Assembly: GCA_013166835.1 (NCBI GenBank)
Contig: JABLTI010000037.1
Coordinates: forward strand, 1 to 24,751
Direction of reading: 5' to 3'
Length of the DNA stretch: 24,751 nucleotides
DNA from: Promethearchaeati archaeon
GTDB taxonomy: Archaea; Asgardarchaeota; Heimdallarchaeia; JABLTI01
The translations under genes were made by a program, and so were the position numbers. Positions 1-7,999 of the stretch are shown piece after piece. The notes under the pieces are model-generated. The model was not told the origin of the DNA, searched no databases, and saw only the letters and a list, made by a program, of their open reading frames with translations. Positions within the stretch are counted from its first letter, which is position 1. Every line of letters begins with the position of its first letter.

Positions 1-2
1 TA

Positions 3-80
3 TTATATTTCATTGTAGCAAGATTACTACTAATACCTGTAGAAAGAAAAGCAAAAAAACAAGGATTATCTATACTCTAA
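3..80 (+). CDS. 3' end of a membrane protein, probably an ABC-2 type permease (partial, runs off the left edge)
   Basis: Open frame LYFIVARLLLIPVERKAKKQGLSIL* ends at TAA 78-80. A hydrophobic helix followed by E-R-K-A-K-K-x-G resembles ABC-2 permease C-termini. T-runs follow. Confidence 0.45.
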   Translation, partial: LYFIVARLLLIPVERKAKKQGLSIL

Positions 81-108
81 TTCTTGTTTTCAATTATTTT
101 TTTTTCTA
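81..108 (+). terminator. Oligo-T tract, putative archaeal terminator between convergent genes
   Basis: TTCTTGTTTT and a 9-T run (97-105) directly after the stop at 80. Confidence 0.35.
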
Positions 109-1836
109 TTACATTATTGTCATTTGTCCTCGAGGTAATAAGAGGAAGAATAATAGAAACGATTGTAAAAGCGCTGTCAAGAATGGTTTCTTCCAGATTC
201 TCTGCATTAGATTGCCAACTAAGATGATTGCTGAGAGAATCATTAGATCATTAAGGGCATCAACAAGGTAAATGATTGTTCCACTAAATAAGATATACAA
301 ACTACCAATAATAAACGGTGCAAGGAATGCTATTGAATTTAGTTTTGTGTGGTAATTTTTAACCTCAGAATAATTGCGAATGAGTTTTGTTTCTATTTGT
401 AAGAAGTAGAAACCTGGTACTGCTAAAACTGTAAAGATAACTAACCAGAGAAGTCGAATATTCATAGACGAGCTAATGAAATAGGTAAAAACAGCTGTAA
501 TGATTCCAAAAACTACTAATCCGAATAGTATTATTCGCCAATTCATGTTTTCTTTTATCTGTTTTATTTTTGGGCGCCATTTACCTACTAAACCTGGCAT
601 TTTATCTATGGAATAAAGAATTAACATCATGAAACCGTATCCAGAAATCGGACAAATAAATAGTAAAGTGAAGTATGGAATGCCGTTCGGTAAATTTGCA
701 AGATTTAGTGCTAGTATAAGTGCGATAACTGCAGCACCCAACCAAATTAAGAGTTTATACCCAATAAATTTCCTTATATTAGTAATTGCTAATTCTGGAG
801 TTTCGGATTGTTGATCTGCTACTTCTTTCTCTTCTTTTACAACTACAGAAAGCTCTTTTTGTTTTAGGGTTAATAATTTGGTTCCAAAAATTAATGCCAC
901 AAAAATTCCACCAAGTTCCATTAAGAGAAGCCATATGCGGAAATCTAGGAAGTCAAATGTTATAAGCCATTGTTTATATTCTTCCGGTGTTATAAGTGGA
1001 TTTGATGGATGTTTATCTTGAACTATTCTTTCAATCCAATTCGCTATCCTCTTAACAGATCTCATACTCATAGTTTCGTGTGTATGAGTCAAGTATTTTA
1101 GAATAGTAATTTCTTTAACTAATCCTTCTGGTGTTAATCGATAGGTTGATTGAGGTTTGATAATATCGGTCTCATTTGATAGTTTATAATAGAGATTCAT
1201 TGCTTCTGGTGGTGGTGCAACATCTTCCCATGCACCAGTTACAATTAAGATGTTTGTTAGAGGATTTGTTGGTCCTAATTCATCTACCCAACTTAATGTT
1301 TCATTATTATCACTTACATGTAGTGCTGGTCCAATCAAAATGCAACCATTAACAGGATTGCTGTCAATAGTAGTAGATTTCATAACACCACGTGCTCCCA
1401 TGCTGTGTCCGAGCATGAAAATCTCAGAATCCTCAAGACCAGAAACTTCTTTGAATTCGGTTTTTGCTCTAAGAACCTGTAAAGCTAGTTCATTGGCACT
1501 ATTATTCCCGGATGGAATTAATCCAGATGATCTGCCATGACCGGAGAAATCTGTTCCAAAAACATGGAATCCTTGCTGAGAAAATTGCGAAGTGTACAAA
1601 TCAAAAGATGTTTGATCATTACCCATTCCGTGAAATATCATGACTCCAAAATTCCTGTCTCCTGGATAGTATTTGTTAAAAATTGAGTTTCCTTTAATAT
1701 CTGTAAAAATTATTGTTTGATTATCTCTTAAACGATAATCTGAAATTACTTGTGTTGTTATCGGGAGAACACACATGACTACTCCGAAAATCACAAGAAA
1801 TTTGTACAAATCCTCTTTTTCTTTAAACCAACTCAT
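109..1836 (-). CDS. Membrane-bound alpha/beta-fold hydrolase (N-terminal anchor, hydrolase domain, multi-TM C-terminal domain)
   Basis: HGMG oxyanion motif, DFSGHGRS, nucleophile elbow GHSMG, acid in TGAWED, His in THTHE. About 8 hydrophobic segments in the C-terminal half. GAGGA SD just upstream of the ATG. Confidence 0.85.
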   Translation of the reverse strand: MSWFKEKEDLYKFLVIFGVVMCVLPITTQVISDYRLRDNQTIIFTDIKGNSIFNKYYPGDRNFGVMIFHGMGNDQTSFDLYTSQFSQQGFHVFGTDFSGHGRSSGLIPSGNNSANELALQVLRAKTEFKEVSGLEDSEIFMLGHSMGARGVMKSTTIDSNPVNGCILIGPALHVSDNNETLSWVDELGPTNPLTNILIVTGAWEDVAPPPEAMNLYYKLSNETDIIKPQSTYRLTPEGLVKEITILKYLTHTHETMSMRSVKRIANWIERIVQDKHPSNPLITPEEYKQWLITFDFLDFRIWLLLMELGGIFVALIFGTKLLTLKQKELSVVVKEEKEVADQQSETPELAITNIRKFIGYKLLIWLGAAVIALILALNLANLPNGIPYFTLLFICPISGYGFMMLILYSIDKMPGLVGKWRPKIKQIKENMNWRIILFGLVVFGIITAVFTYFISSSMNIRLLWLVIFTVLAVPGFYFLQIETKLIRNYSEVKNYHTKLNSIAFLAPFIIGSLYILFSGTIIYLVDALNDLMILSAIILVGNLMQRIWKKPFLTALLQSFLLFFLLLPRGQMTIM

Positions 1837-1950
1837 TTCCTCATCACAGTATAATTGCTACCTATAGAACTAATAAATTATTTTGTTAAATTTCCAAGAG
1901 CTAAGCTTCTTTTATAATAGCTAGAAGTTGTTTATTTCTTGGGTTTAACA

Positions 1951-2634
1951 ATGGATTCTGAGAAAAACTGGTTAGACGTTCCTGCTCCAGATAAATGGAT
2001 GTCAGGTTGGGATAATTACCACAAGAAAATTTTAGAAGGTTCTGTAGAAGTTCTCAAAGATCTCACACTTATTACTCCACCTGTTCAAGTAATAGGTATG
2101 AGTATTTATGGGAAAGGTAAGGGTTTACAAGCCCTTGATCTTGGTTGTGGAGATGGTCGCTATGCTTGTTTTTTAGCAAAACAAGGTTGTGAAGTCTTAG
2201 CAGTTGATGCACTAGAAAGTGCAGTAGAAATAACTAACAAAAGAGCAAAAGCACTTGGATTTGAAAAACAAATCAGAACAGAATTGAAGAATATACAAGA
2301 TTTTCATTTAAAACCAGAAAGCTTTGATATTATTATTGCTATGCAGATTCTTCAGTATTTATTTGATAAAGCTATACCAAAATTGAAAGAAATAGCTGCT
2401 GCAATAAAACCTGGAGGATATGTTGCTTATTCAGGAAATATCTTACCTCATTTTGAGACTGATCCTCCAATGACATTCATCAATGAAAAGGAATTAAGAG
2501 AGTTATTTGAAGGTTGGACATTCATGAGTGTAGGTCAGGATGAGAGACTTCTCAGGCCAGGAGATTTGAGAGGATACATTTGGTTAGTAGCAAGAAAACC
2601 AACAGATGAAGAGAAAGAAGAAGAGAAAAGCTAG
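1951..2634 (+). CDS. Class I SAM-dependent methyltransferase (TehB-like)
   Basis: Motif I ALDLGCGDGR, motif II LAVD, FDIIIA, KPGGY, and ELRELFEGW as in TehB-like proteins. ATG at 1951 is preferred over TTG 1939. The stop overlaps the stop of the convergent gene (CTAG 2631-2634). Confidence 0.85.
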   Translation: MDSEKNWLDVPAPDKWMSGWDNYHKKILEGSVEVLKDLTLITPPVQVIGMSIYGKGKGLQALDLGCGDGRYACFLAKQGCEVLAVDALESAVEITNKRAKALGFEKQIRTELKNIQDFHLKPESFDIIIAMQILQYLFDKAIPKLKEIAAAIKPGGYVAYSGNILPHFETDPPMTFINEKELRELFEGWTFMSVGQDERLLRPGDLRGYIWLVARKPTDEEKEEEKS

Positions 2635-5081
2635 AACTTCTTAGAAGTTTCGATGAAACCAGCTTGTAAGCATGAGAGTAAGAGTTGTATTCCATCAGAT
2701 AATTCCAAAAGTGTTTTGCTTTCAAAATCTCTTTTTTGGAGAATCCTAATTTCTTCAAATAGTTCTGGGTGAAATTGTAGGGTATAATCTCTCTTTACAA
2801 TTCCAGTATTTGGATTGTAATAATAGACAACTAATCCTGCTATTTCAGTTAGTATATCTAGTTTATCTTCTTCTATACTATAAGCAGTTGAACTTGGTAT
2901 TTCTATTCCTATAGGCAAGTTGGCAATTTCACTTAACTGTGATTCTTTTTGTAGTACTTTGTAATGTGCTCTCGAGAAATTAGCTAAAAGACTTAATGCC
3001 CAGTTTAGAAACAAAATTGCTGCTTCATTTACTTCGTCGCCATGAAGCATTGCTATGTCTAGTGTTTCCAATTCGTAGAAATCCTCAAGTAAACCTACAT
3101 GCATTTTGGCAATTTTTTGATATGCTTTTAGTAATTCATCTGGAACAATATTCTTTGAAGGCTTGTAAAGAAGTAATTTCTTTAAACCAATTTCAGGAAG
3201 TTCATTTAGTTTCACAGCAAAGTATTGATCATTATAATTTGTAGCAATGACTTCTTGGTTTCTTTTCTTAACAATGATATTAGTTCCAATTGAGTCAATT
3301 TTTTCAATTATCTCGAGGAAGTGCTCTTTTGCCTTAACATTATATTTCTCTAGTAATTGTCCGATTTTTTTCTTGTCTTTGACTAATTGCACTACATATT
3401 CTCGTAGCATTTCAGCATATCCTTGATGTCCTAAACACAGAAAAAGTGCTGGATTTGATCCTGCTTTATTTCTTGAAAACATGATTTTTCTAAGCAAATG
3501 AAGATAATCTCTCTTAGGTAAATTACCATTAGACACCTGGTCAAAACTTTTAGAATCATATAATGATTGCCTTCCACCTTCAACAATAACATACCTGAAG
3601 GATCTGAGAAAATCACCAAATGTTTCTTTATTACATAATTGTTCTATTTTCTCGAGTAACTGCTGATAATTAATTTCAGATAACTCGAGAACAACAATAT
3701 TCCAATCTAGTAGCTCATTTGTTATAGTTGCTAGATTTTTGGCTGCATCCACAAGTTCTCCCCATTTATTTGCTCCGACTACAGTGTCCGGCTTTAATAT
3801 TATTGCCCATTTATTTCTCTTATCTGGGTTTTTGAAGTATTTTTCGAATGCTAATTCAAAAGCTTCTATCGAACGAATTGTTATTTGTTGTGTTTGTTTT
3901 CTCTCAAGAAAAGTAATGATTTTATGAAGGCCCATTTCAAAAGGTAAATTAAAGAATGGATCTTTTAAGGGGATCTGATATTTTATTAATTCTTCATATT
4001 TCTTCCTACTAGAATATGACCTGAAATCAACACCAGATAGAAATGCAATTTTTATAAATATACTATGTGGTATTTTGTGTTTTTTCGCTACCTTTTCGAT
4101 TTCTTTTTTATGACCTAACAGATATGATAACTTTATTTGACAATGAGCAATGCTGAAATCTCCAGCTGGAATAGCTCCTAATCTAATTGGTTCCCAAGCA
4201 TTTTGATAGATGAAATCTTGCGTTCCGAAAGGAGTGTGGGAAGCAATAACAACTACTTTACCATCTTTTATCGCTTTTTCAATTGCAGGTAGCGGAGAGA
4301 ATCCCGATTCTTTATCTATGTTTATCGTTCCACTGCCAAAAGCATTCAAAATGATACCATCAGCCTTTTCAAAAGCTTCAAAGTAATCTTGCTCTGTCAT
4401 TAAAGGTGATGTGGAAATTATCTGAATTCTCGGATTGAAATTATCATCACAGAAAGTTGTATAGTTGGCTTTTTGGCATTCTTCAGCAATTTTTCTTGCA
4501 ATTGATTTCCAAGATTCAAGAATCATATCTGAAGAATCAACAGCCATTAGAGAAATTGGAATGAATTCATTATAAAATGGTTTGAATTTTTCAGTAATAA
4601 AATCAGTAATAAGATTGCCAGTAGGAGTTAGGAAACCTTCTTCTGATTCCTCAGATTCAATAGTACCGCCTGTCCTAATTAAGAATAATTTATCCAATTT
4701 TCGATTAAGATTTAGTGGATAAGCTCTCCCTCGAATGATGATTTCATCAAGGGCTATTTTCGCAAGTTCCTCTCCTCTAAAGGCATCTGGAGACCACTTA
4801 TCAAATTTCCACAAGGCATCTTGGAAAGCCGCTTGACCATTATTGAAAACAACGAATATTTCTGGTCCAGTCAATTGGGTCAATAATTTAACTGAGTTTT
4901 CGACATTCGGATAAACGTCTGAGGAAGAAAATTTGAAACTTAAAGGCACTTGTGATCCTGTGATGGCTACATTTGAAGGTAGATTCTTCAACATATATCT
5001 AATAGCACTCAAGCCCCAAGACATAGTATCTGTTCCATGAGTGACAAGAAAACCTAATTTCAGTGAGTGTTTAGGAATCAT
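2631..5081 (-). CDS. Fusion: permuted type I L-asparaginase/glutaminase plus C-terminal class I glutamine amidotransferase-like domain
   Basis: Asparaginase motifs: GFLVTHGTDTM (aa10-20), TGSQVPL, FNN...WK...AF, TGGTI (aa137-141), DSSDM...W..IA..I, and the C-domain GIILNAFGSG...KLSYLLG. GATase1 motifs: EGG, CLGHQ (C549), HGDEV (aa680), QFHPE (aa769-773). Confidence 0.85.
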   Translation of the reverse strand: MIPKHSLKLGFLVTHGTDTMSWGLSAIRYMLKNLPSNVAITGSQVPLSFKFSSSDVYPNVENSVKLLTQLTGPEIFVVFNNGQAAFQDALWKFDKWSPDAFRGEELAKIALDEIIIRGRAYPLNLNRKLDKLFLIRTGGTIESEESEEGFLTPTGNLITDFITEKFKPFYNEFIPISLMAVDSSDMILESWKSIARKIAEECQKANYTTFCDDNFNPRIQIISTSPLMTEQDYFEAFEKADGIILNAFGSGTINIDKESGFSPLPAIEKAIKDGKVVVIASHTPFGTQDFIYQNAWEPIRLGAIPAGDFSIAHCQIKLSYLLGHKKEIEKVAKKHKIPHSIFIKIAFLSGVDFRSYSSRKKYEELIKYQIPLKDPFFNLPFEMGLHKIITFLERKQTQQITIRSIEAFELAFEKYFKNPDKRNKWAIILKPDTVVGANKWGELVDAAKNLATITNELLDWNIVVLELSEINYQQLLEKIEQLCNKETFGDFLRSFRYVIVEGGRQSLYDSKSFDQVSNGNLPKRDYLHLLRKIMFSRNKAGSNPALFLCLGHQGYAEMLREYVVQLVKDKKKIGQLLEKYNVKAKEHFLEIIEKIDSIGTNIIVKKRNQEVIATNYNDQYFAVKLNELPEIGLKKLLLYKPSKNIVPDELLKAYQKIAKMHVGLLEDFYELETLDIAMLHGDEVNEAAILFLNWALSLLANFSRAHYKVLQKESQLSEIANLPIGIEIPSSTAYSIEEDKLDILTEIAGLVVYYYNPNTGIVKRDYTLQFHPELFEEIRILQKRDFESKTLLELSDGIQLLLSCLQAGFIETSKKF

Positions 5082-5149
5082 AGCAATAACCCTTCATTAA
5101 AAGATAAACTATCTATGAGTTATTTACAGTTTCCCTTGCAGTTATTTTA

Positions 5150-6184
5150 TTATTTCTTCTTTAAGATGTAACTTACAAGATTACTAATAACGATTGCATA
5201 AGCAATAGATTGAATCGTGAGAATTTCTGTTCCCCCAACTTTCCCAAAAGTAAGTTTTAAGATACTGTCTTTTAATTCCATATTTTGTATAAACTTTATC
5301 GCTCTAGCCCAAACACGCCCATCATCAGCGCTAATCAATAATCGGGTTTCAGTTATGAAACAATCACAAGGTGTTTTACTATCAAATGCTCCGGAAATAT
5401 TTTCAGCCGTACCCCAAAAGAGTACTTTTTCGGTTTTCCAATCATAACCAGGAATAACTAATTTGATTTTATCAACTAAACTCATAATTGCTGTTTCACG
5501 AATGATTCTTACTCCACTATCCTTAGAAATTTCTTCTTTTGTTTCAAGTTTGGTCTTTTCAACCATTCCAAGGATTTGTTGCATAATATTGTTAGAGAAT
5601 TTAATCATAAACAAAGATCCATTGCTACCTCGAATAAAATAGGAATCAACAGGTCCTAAAATAAAAGCTAATGGTGCGGAACTAGAAATTGTTTGAATCT
5701 CACATTTCTTTTTAGATAAGATTTTTCGCAAATCCATAGCAATTTCTAATCCATTGTCTATCCAAGACTCATAAAATTCTCCATCCTCTATCATCTCAAG
5801 TAAAGAACTAGTATTACTAAAAATCACAATTGGTGGGTCAGATGATTTCCCTAATTGATCTTCTTGAAGAACTTTAATTTCCTTCTTCACACCATCAATG
5901 GCACTTACAATATTAGAAATGGCATTATCGATAGTGTTCTCAGGAGGTAAGGCTTTGAATAACATTCCTTTATCTGAAGGAACTTTGGACATGAACCCAA
6001 GTTCAACTAAACCATCTAATACCTCATAAACTTTGGATCTTGGAACACCGGATTCTTTTGCGATAAGATAAGCACTCGCGTCTCCTAAAACTACACTCGC
6101 TATATACACTTGTGCTTGATATTTTTGCAATCCTATTCTTGTGAGACCCTCAACTAGTTTTTCATCGATTTGCATTTTTACCAC
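5150..6184 (-). CDS. TrmB-family transcriptional regulator with atypical C-terminal domain
   Basis: N-terminal TrmB wHTH (GLQKYQAQVY...IAKESGVPRSKVYEVLDGLVELGF...FKALPPE) followed by a coiled-coil helix. The start may be GTG 6184 or ATG 6175. Confidence 0.85.
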   Translation of the reverse strand: MVKMQIDEKLVEGLTRIGLQKYQAQVYIASVVLGDASAYLIAKESGVPRSKVYEVLDGLVELGFMSKVPSDKGMLFKALPPENTIDNAISNIVSAIDGVKKEIKVLQEDQLGKSSDPPIVIFSNTSSLLEMIEDGEFYESWIDNGLEIAMDLRKILSKKKCEIQTISSSAPLAFILGPVDSYFIRGSNGSLFMIKFSNNIMQQILGMVEKTKLETKEEISKDSGVRIIRETAIMSLVDKIKLVIPGYDWKTEKVLFWGTAENISGAFDSKTPCDCFITETRLLISADDGRVWARAIKFIQNMELKDSILKLTFGKVGGTEILTIQSIAYAIVISNLVSYILKKK

Positions 6185-6248
6185 TAATCATGTTCTTTCC
6201 TTCGAAAGGAATTCTTTAAATATAATATATTCGCATACATATTTAAAG

Positions 6249-6268
6249 GTCACTACTCAAGTAGTAAC
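6249..6268. promoter_or_regulatory. Inverted repeat, candidate TrmB operator in the divergent promoter region
   Basis: GTCACTACT-CA-AGTAGTAAC (9-bp arms, 1 mismatch; perfect core ACTACT/AGTAGT) next to TTTAAA at 6242-6247. Confidence 0.5.
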
Positions 6269-6318
6269 TAACAGTATTTATTGATTATGGTAACTATCAA
6301 GAGGAGAACGAACAAAAA

Positions 6319-7035
6319 ATGATAAACAGAAAAAAATACTTCATTGATTTCGCAGGTTTTATGATATTTCTAATAGTTGGAAGCTTAATCGTTGGAGGAA
6401 TTGAAGGGATAAATATTGGACGAAATGTAAAATCCTTTAATACATATAATGAAGAAATTGCTCCTGGGGATTACATTCTCTTCAATTTTGAAATCAATGA
6501 AGGAGCAAGATTGTATATATATTTTGATGCTGAGAACTTGAGCATTTATAATAATGATGCTGATGTGATTTTCTCAATCATGCGTGAACATGATTTTGAA
6601 CTCTGGGTAGCTGCAAATAGTACAGAACCAGGGATCTTGAATTCCACAATATATTATGATGATTCGAGTGTTGAAGTAAACAATCTTCAAGTACCTTATG
6701 ATGGAACCTATTATTTTATAATTTACAATCCAAATCCGTATGATGTTGAAGTTAGAATTGAGGTCACAATAATCCCATGGGGTCACATAATTGCTGCTGG
6801 AATTATGGCTATATTATTATTAGTTGGATTAACAGGTCTTGGAACAAGACTTATTCATGTTGCTGTTTACAATGCTAGACAAGAAAAAAGAGCAAGAAGA
6901 GGTATTACTGAAGAACCTCAAGTATCTGAGCAATCTGCAACAAACAAAAAAGACGGTGTTTTCTGTCAATCTTGTGGTGCACCGTTAACACCTAAAGATA
7001 CCCGATACTGCCCACAATGTGGAGCTTCGATCTAA
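6319..7035 (+). CDS. Membrane protein with extracellular beta-sandwich (GOLD/PPC-like), TM helix and C-terminal zinc ribbon
   Basis: N-terminal signal/TM segment, beta-rich domain ending GTYYFIIYNP...VEVRIEV, second TM, and FCQSCG...YCPQCG zinc ribbon. GAGGAG SD at 6301. Confidence 0.75.
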   Translation: MINRKKYFIDFAGFMIFLIVGSLIVGGIEGINIGRNVKSFNTYNEEIAPGDYILFNFEINEGARLYIYFDAENLSIYNNDADVIFSIMREHDFELWVAANSTEPGILNSTIYYDDSSVEVNNLQVPYDGTYYFIIYNPNPYDVEVRIEVTIIPWGHIIAAGIMAILLLVGLTGLGTRLIHVAVYNARQEKRARRGITEEPQVSEQSATNKKDGVFCQSCGAPLTPKDTRYCPQCGASI

Positions 7036-7160
7036 AGCTCATTATAATTGGTCTGGAATATCCCTCAAAAAAATTAAGAAAAGATGAAGAGAATCTCAGG
7101 TAAGAACCAACTACTTTTTCCCTCTTGCCTGGTTTTTCTCTTACTATTATTTTTATTATT

Positions 7161-7541
7161 TTAACCAAAGCATTGCTTTAATATCTCTTCTATAACCTTA
7201 ACGAATTCTTTAGAATTATCTTTTAAAATGAAAGCCTTTGCTCCAGCTTCAATGCATTGATCCTTTATATCGAACATTCCTGATCCAGAAACACAGACCA
7301 TGGGTATATCTACTTCTTTCTTTTTTATTAGACTAATTGCATCTAAAGCAGTCATAGATGGTAGAGCATTATCAATAATTATTACATCCCAGTTCTCTTT
7401 TTTCAGTATCTCCCCTAATTCAGGTTTTGATTCAACTCTATTATATTGGATATTTTGACAGATACTTTTCAGATGATGAGTCATTAAGACCGCATCATTC
7501 TCTGAATCTTCAATGTAAAGTATTTTTAATTTCTCAAACAC
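7161..7541 (-). CDS. Stand-alone response regulator receiver domain protein
   Basis: ILYIEDSEND acidic pocket, WDVIIID phospho-Asp, VSG, GAKAFILK. No output domain. Confidence 0.9.
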   Translation of the reverse strand: MFEKLKILYIEDSENDAVLMTHHLKSICQNIQYNRVESKPELGEILKKENWDVIIIDNALPSMTALDAISLIKKKEVDIPMVCVSGSGMFDIKDQCIEAGAKAFILKDNSKEFVKVIEEILKQCFG

Positions 7542-7543
7542 AT

Positions 7544-7999
7544 TTACTCACTACACTTTGTTTTTGGTTTCTGATTTAAAACTAACCAGTAAAGACCTAG
7601 TTGTCTAACAGCTTCTACAAATTGATCGAAATCCATTGGTTTGGTGATGTAGGAATTTGCTCCTAAACAATAGCTTTTCACAATATCATTTTCCTCTTTT
7701 GAAGTTGTCAATATAACTACAGGCAAATGCTTGGTTCGAAGGTCTCCCCGGATTATCTTCAACACTTCTAGCCCATCTATTTTAGGCATTTTAATATCAA
7801 GGAGGATTACCTCAGGCATTATACTAGTATCTCTTCCTTCATATTTCCCTTCTGCAAATAAATAATCTAAGGTTTCTTGTCCATCTTTTACAACGATTAG
7901 TTCATTAGCAATAGTGCTCTTCTTGAATGCTCTTTGTGTAAGCAATACATCATCAGGATTGTCTTCAGCTAGGAGTATTAGTTTTTTCATTGCCATCAC
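7544..7999 (-). CDS. Rcp1-like single-domain response regulator
   Basis: ILLAEDNPDD, LLDIKMPKIDG, VVILTTS..E.D...Y.LGANSYITKP, and the YWL C-terminal motif typical of the Rcp1 family. Confidence 0.9.
   Translation of the reverse strand: MMAMKKLILLAEDNPDDVLLTQRAFKKSTIANELIVVKDGQETLDYLFAEGKYEGRDTSIMPEVILLDIKMPKIDGLEVLKIIRGDLRTKHLPVVILTTSKEENDIVKSYCLGANSYITKPMDFDQFVEAVRQLGLYWLVLNQKPKTKCSE

Noticed and set aside
2631-5081. Calling the asparaginase-like gene gatD
   Set aside because: It lacks the GatD N-terminal domain, no gatE is adjacent, the motifs are closer to AnsA (TGSQ.PL), and it has an extra GATase1 domain.
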